Assembly (NCBI RefSeq): GCF_006345805.1
Contig: NW_021826332.1
Span: 1 to 13,029 of the forward strand
From: Octopus sinensis
Lineage: Eukaryota
DNA length: 13,029 bases
Direction: 5' to 3'
Part shown: piece after piece, positions 8,470 to 13,029 of the stretch
Layout of the letters: each line of letters starts with the position of its first letter
Position numbering within the stretch: position 1 is the stretch's first letter
Program-made: the position numbers and the translations under genes
Notes under the pieces: generated by a model
Told to the model about the DNA's origin: nothing
Databases searched by the model: none
Seen by the model: the letters and a program-made list of their open reading frames with translations, nothing else

Positions 8470-8724
8470 GATCTATATCTATCTATCTATCTATCAATCT
8501 ATCTATCTGTCTGTCTATTTACCTATCGATGTATATCTGTCTGTGTGTGGTGTGTGTGTGTGTGTGTGTTCGTTCTCTGCACTTGTAACTTGGATTAACA
8601 GCAAAAGAGAGTGATAGACTTGAATAAAGTACAGGGTCTATTTGTTTGACTAAACCCTTAAACGTGGTGCCTTAACACTTAGTATGGCCACAGCTTAATG
8701 GCTGAAACAAATAAAAGATGAAGA
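8245..8724 (+). mobile_element. Diverged OK-type SINE with an internal (TATC)n expansion
   Basis: A-box-like TAACTGAGTGG (8255-8265), B-box-like GGTTCGATCGC (8298-8308), CTACTATAG, TTTGGTAGATGGAAACTG, then microsatellite and the 3' end ATGGCCACAG..TGGCTGAAACAAATAAAAGA. Confidence 0.8.
8394..8505. repeat. (TATC)n tetranucleotide microsatellite inside the SINE
   Basis: Near-perfect TATC run. Confidence 0.97.
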
Positions 8725-8852
8725 CTGCTTCTTGGTCCTAAATAGGGTGGAGGGCTCTTCTCAAAATTCAAACGGGCTATGGGTATTTTCTTTTTAATTT
8801 TGAGTAAGAAAGGGACGATTAGACATTCACACAAACCCTTTGACACTCTTTC

Positions 8853-8861
8853 GTATGTATG

Positions 8862-8895
<34 letters not shown>

Positions 8896-8932
8896 TGTAT
8901 GTATGTATGTATGTATGTATGTATGTATGTAT
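8853..8932. repeat. (TATG)n microsatellite
   Basis: Near-perfect run. Confidence 0.97.
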
Positions 8933-9311
8933 GCACAGTTGTGGGTGTATAATAAGAAGCTTGTCACTGTGGGCAAATGTCTTTGCCGAGCAAAGCCTTG
9001 TGAGTGGATTTGGTAGCTAGGACTGTAAGAACCCCGCCTTATATGTGTGTATGTGTGTGTTGGGTGCGCGTGTGTGTGTGTGGGCGTGTGTATTTGTGTC
9101 TGTCCGCCACCACTACCTGACAACCGGTGTTTGTTTGTTTAACTCCCAGTGACTTGACCGTTCGACAAAAAAAGACAAAAAACAAAAACAAAAAGAATGA
9201 AACTGGCAGAATAAGTACCAGGCATAAAAATAACTTACTAGGGTCGAATTTCTGAACTAAACACTTCAAGGTAGTATCCCAGCATGGTCGCAGTCCAGTG
9301 ACAGAAACTAA
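8933..9311 (+). mobile_element. OK-type SINE with a partly deleted head (B-box region missing)
   Basis: GGGCAAATGTCTT, GCCTTGTGAGTGGATTTGGTAG, TGACAACCG.TG, AGAATAAGTACCAGGC and CAGCATGG.CGCAGTC match the reverse complement of 2027-2428. Confidence 0.82.
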
Positions 9312-9898
9312 TCTGGGACAATAACCATATACTTAATGAATAAAAGAATGACTTTACAATGTTTTGAAGTCACAGAACCAACAGCGATAAGGTGTTTAAG
9401 GAAAATATTGAGGAGTTGCTTAACATTATTGTTTGGCTGCATACTCAAGGGAGGTAATGTCGTCTGAACAGTTTTCTGCTTTGTTAGACTTCGTCAGCTG
9501 AAGTCTAACTATTGTCGTTACTCAGCAGTTACGAGATTGTAAAAATACTTGAAACGTACATTGGTCACAGGAAATGCTATTAACTGATAATTTCTTTTAA
9601 AATGTCGATAATAACATATTTATTTAATAAAAAGAAGTAGGTTTAATTATTTCTAAAGTATTTTTTTAAAAGGAGAAACAACACCAGTTGGATTAATTAC
9701 GAGAGAAAATAAAATAGGGGGGGAATGGACGAGGGGATTAGTTAAGAGTATCGTTTAGCTAAGCTAGCAAGTAATTATATTTGTGTTAACATACTTAATG
9801 TGGGCAGAAATCAAATATTTAATTAGATGGTAATTACGCTGTAACGAATGAACAACATTACCTCAATGACTAATCCAATTATGACAGTACGGCTGTCA

Positions 9899-10107
9899 CA
9901 AGCGAGCTGGCACAATCGTTAACATGCCGGGCAAGATACTTTAGAGGTATTTCATCCGTTTTTCCGTTCTGAGTTCAAATTCCATCGTGGTGACTTTGCC
10001 TTTCATCCTTTCTGGGTCAATGAAATAAGTACAAGTTACGCAATGGGGTCAATATTATCGACTAGCCCCCTTTCCCCGAATTTTCAGGCCTTGTGCCTTT
10101 AATTCAG

Positions 10108-10140
<33 letters not shown>
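9899..10140 (+). mobile_element. OR-type tRNA SINE with an (ATT)n tail
   Basis: A box TGGCACAATCG (9908-9918), B box GAGTTCAAATTCC (9971-9983), tail 10108-10140. Confidence 0.88.
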
Positions 10141-10142
<2 letters not shown>

Positions 10143-10368
10143 AGATTGCGGCAATCTGGCAGAATCGTTAGCACGCCGGGCGAAATGCTTCGCGGCATTT
10201 CGTCCGTCTTTACGTTCTGAGTTCAAATTCCGCCAAGGTCGATTTCGCCTTTCATCCTTTTGAGGTTGATAAAATAAGTACCAGTTGAGTACTGGGGTCG
10301 ATGTAATCGACTTTCCCATCCCCCGAAACTGCTGGCCCTGTGCCAAAATTTGAAATTGATATTATTAT
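10141..10368 (+). mobile_element. OR-type tRNA SINE, head-to-tail with the previous copy
   Basis: A box TGGCAGAATCG (10157-10167), B box GAGTTCAAATTCC (10219-10231). Confidence 0.9.
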
Positions 10369-10431
10369 AATAGTTTCATGTGGTCAAAGAAAAAAGAAAA
10401 ATGAAACCCGAGACATATTTTTGATTTTCAG

Positions 10432-10624
10432 GAATTCTGCTGGAGAGTCTTCCAAAATTTTTGCTGAAGACTCTGCTAAAAATCTGCAAATGTTGCTAAC
10501 GGAATTTACCAATGTTAGCATCTGACTTTGGTTGATAGATAGTGTTTGCTTCTTTTTACAGTTCCTAACCCTGGCACAGAACAGACAGTTCCGCAATGAA
10601 ATCAAGAAGAGAAATTTAGATTAA
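10432..10624 (+). CDS. Weak candidate coding exon pair (10432-10513 and 10562-10624): NSAGESSKIFAEDSAKNLQMLLTEFTN/FLTLAQNRQFRNEIKKRNLD*
   Basis: Acceptor TTTTGATTTTCAG|G, weak donor AAT|GTTAGC, 48-nt intron ending TTCTTTTTACAG, frame preserved to TAA (10622-10624). Complex, apparently non-repetitive sequence. No recognised protein; an alternative minus-strand exon (10510-10570) is also possible. Confidence 0.2.
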
Positions 10625-10749
10625 ATGGAATGTCGTAAAACATAATTAAATATCATAAAATATAATATTTTACGATTTCACCTTCGATCTTCCAGCAATG
10701 AACATCTACAAAATCATAGAGAGCAGACATGACAGATACGTACAGAGGG

Positions 10750-10816
<67 letters not shown>
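10750..10816. repeat. (TG)n(AG)n compound microsatellite
   Basis: A pure TG run followed by a pure AG run. Confidence 0.97.
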
Positions 10817-10819
<3 letters not shown>

Positions 10820-11149
10820 CATATAGACATATGTACATACCGAAGCATATAGATACACATATACACGTATATATACGTATGCATTCAAAATGCCTCACAT
10901 ATAATACTATGTTATAAACCCTCTAAACACGCACCGCCACTTATACACACTTTCCTTCTCTGTCTTTCTGTCTGTCTGCCTGCTGGCCTCTTTCACATCT
11001 CTGACACACGTACACACACACACACGTTCTGTAAAAAAACGAACTAAAAAGACTGAAATCACATCTAAAGCCCACACACTCTTATCACCACACTCTTTCA
11101 CGTAACATAGTCAGTACACATACACGCACAAGTGTATGCATACAATAAT

Positions 11150-11460
11150 AGCAACAACAAACACACACACACACATACACACATACGTGAGTATGCACGC
11201 TCTTCTGTACATATTCAACACATAGATTAATATATACTCACACATAAGCATACATATTCACAGACTTATATGCTAGTAACAGCGTGCGCACACACAAATG
11301 CACGCACACACACACACACATACACGCACACAAATACACGCACACACACACAAACACACGCGCGCACACACACACACACACATGCACACACGCACACGCA
11401 CTCGCGCACGCGCACACACACAAACACACGCACACGTACACGCACATGCACACACACACT
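11150..11460. repeat. (CA)n/(CACG)n low-complexity tract
   Basis: CA runs with CG variants. Confidence 0.9.
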
Positions 11461-11625
11461 TGTTTGCACATAGATCCGTATAGAGGATTTTCGAATGTTG
11501 GGACAAAATTTGACGATTTTTTTAATGTTTTGTATTTTTCAGGAACAGCTTGAAGTATTCGTGAACAGTCAACGGCGTTGGAGAGCATAAAGATATAAGT
11601 CATAGCTGAGAAAAATTTAGCTGAC

Positions 11626-12424
11626 ATGGAGCACTAGAAGCCATCTGAATATTGGAGAAGGGTTACCTGTATCATAAGGATTTGTGCCGAGTATGAAAAT
11701 GACGACATCACAGTCGCTGCTGAATGCTGAGTGAAGACGAGACATGGACAGTGAAGCCCCGTGGCCAGCAGGAAGGGAGCAACAGGACCGGACCTTAGGC
11801 TCAATTTAGACGCTTATCTGAAGCGACTGGAGACTGTAGTCAAGCAGTAGTGGTAGGAGGAAGGGTTGCTGCTGCTGCGAAGCTATATGTGCGGTGGTAG
11901 GATTTGCCTTCATGCCACTGCTCCAGAAAAAGTCAGAAGCGGTTGACGGAGAATTTCTTTTTTTTTTTTACTACCCACAAGGGGCTAAACACAGAGGGGA
12001 CAAACAAGGACAGACAAACGGATTAAGTCGATTACATCGACCCCAGTGCGTAACTGCTACTTATTTAATCGACCCCGAAAGGATGAAAGGCAAAGTCGAC
12101 CTCGGCGGAATTTGAACTCAGAACGTAACGTCAGACGAAATACCACTGAGCATTTCGCCCGATGTACTAACGTTTCTGCCAGCTCGCCGCCTTCAAAGAA
12201 TTTCTACAACTTCACCAGCCCCAGTTTCCAGCCGCCTAACCCCACGCCCCGATTATAATGCCAGGAATCACTATGTGTTGGGCACAGTTCAGAAAAAGCA
12301 CCAATCGCTTTATCAGCAGCATCAAGGCCGACTTGCGATCTGAGATCTTTGCAGGAACGCAATGAGTAACGCATGCGCCTGGGTTCAGAGCCATTTTGAA
12401 GGTGTGGCCGGCTACTTTGAGCAA
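11626..12424 (+). pseudogene. Tc1/mariner (maT, DD37D-type) transposase pseudogene
   Basis: Fragments with stops and frameshifts: MEH*KPSEYWRR (11626), LRLNLDAYLKRLETVVK (11794-11844), RVAAAAKLYVRW*DLPSCHCSRKSQKRLTENF (11862-11957; YVWQQD.APCH motif, second catalytic D at 11901-11903), then after the SINE YNFTSPSFQPPN, HYVLGTVQK and NACAWVQSHFEGVAGYFE. PPN lies 28-30 residues after the D, as in DD37D enzymes; the third D is lost. Confidence 0.82.
11959..12196 (-). mobile_element. Full-length, relatively young OR-type SINE with an A-tail and 9-bp TSD
   Basis: A box (12171-12181), B box (12107-12119), T-run 11959-11969, TSD AGAATTTCT at 11950-11958 and 12197-12205. Confidence 0.93.
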
Positions 12425-12547
12425 ACTGCTTTCTCCCAACCGCAATCAGATTGATAATTTTTGGTTTTCTAAAATATCTTTATTTTCGGATTGAATATTG
12501 TGCTTTCTTTTCCTTTAATGCAAACTGTCAAATTTAACTGAAACATC

Positions 12548-12549
<2 letters not shown>

Positions 12550-12611
<62 letters not shown>

Positions 12612-12625
12612 ACACACATATATAC

Positions 12626-12655
<30 letters not shown>
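12550..12655. repeat. (CA)n plus (TATG)n microsatellites
   Basis: Pure runs. Confidence 0.95.
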
Positions 12656-12656
<1 letters not shown>

Positions 12657-12659
12657 ATT

Positions 12660-12810
12660 TTCTTTCTCCGTCTTCCCTTTGAACTTTTTCTATACTTCTG
12701 ATGAAGGACTCAGCTCGAAACGTTAAACTCTCTTTCTTTTCTTTCCTTTCCTGAGCGTCCAATAACACAGTATTTGTATCACGTCCTAGCGTTGTTGTTT
12801 TTTCTAGCTT
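12660..12810 (+). mobile_element. Probable Penelope-type repeat remnant with a minimal hammerhead-like core
   Basis: CTGATGA (12698-12704), AGGACTCAGCTC, GAAAC (12717-12721), and palindromic AACGTT (12719-12724). Confidence 0.45.
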
Positions 12811-12846
12811 GTTCTTGTGTACATATATATACACACACACACAACA

Positions 12847-12849
<3 letters not shown>

Positions 12850-12902
<53 letters not shown>
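12850..12902. repeat. (TA)n microsatellite
   Basis: Pure TA run. Confidence 0.97.
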
Positions 12903-12906
<4 letters not shown>

Positions 12907-13029
12907 AAAACACTTTCCCCAGTCACAGACATCTTCACCACTCACACACACAAACACAATCACGGAATGAACGCGCCACCCCCTCACACAGCCAGACACC
13001 CTCCCCACAATACACACAAAGTGAGATAC

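Larger units (their letters stand above)
11483..12548 (+). mobile_element. Internally deleted, decayed Tc1/mariner DNA transposon (maT/DD37D-like)
   Basis: Degraded TIRs (left GAGGATTTTC..AAATTTGAC; right reverse complement GGATGTTTCAGTTAAATTTGAC), TA at 11481-11482 and 12549-12550, and transposase remnants inside. Confidence 0.75.

Noticed and set aside
11894-12258. ORFs at 11894-12115 and 12046-12258
   Set aside because: Mostly antisense SINE sequence; only the tail KNFYNFTSPSFQPPN is a transposase remnant.

Overview
Non-coding, very repeat-rich eukaryotic genomic DNA (intronic or intergenic), most likely from an octopod cephalopod. I infer this from recognising octopus-type tRNA-derived SINE families; it was not searched. 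No intact protein-coding gene is supported, and nearly all ORFs in the six-frame track are microsatellite or SINE artefacts. Well-supported content: nine tRNA-derived SINE copies of three head/body types; a Tigger/pogo-like MITE with an expanded 14-bp subterminal array (1735-2020); a non-autonomous Helitron (6530-6926, minus) inserted into a 4-copy ~118-bp tandem repeat; and an internally deleted maT/DD37D-type Tc1-mariner transposase pseudogene (11483-12548) split by a SINE with a 9-bp TSD. Large (TA)n, (CA)n, (GAT)n, (AAT)n, (TACA)n and (TATC)n tracts fill much of the rest. The most interesting unexplained signals are (i) a ~230-bp GC-rich island (219-448) that folds into a 130-nt bulged hairpin whose G-U wobbles favour the + strand, with LTR-like TG..CA ends and an adjacent polypurine tract; (ii) two degenerate hammerhead-ribozyme-like cores (2819-2892, 12698-12724); (iii) a SINE with a perfect 14-bp TSD but several short internal deletions; and (iv) weak candidate exons (155-168 minus; 10432-10624).
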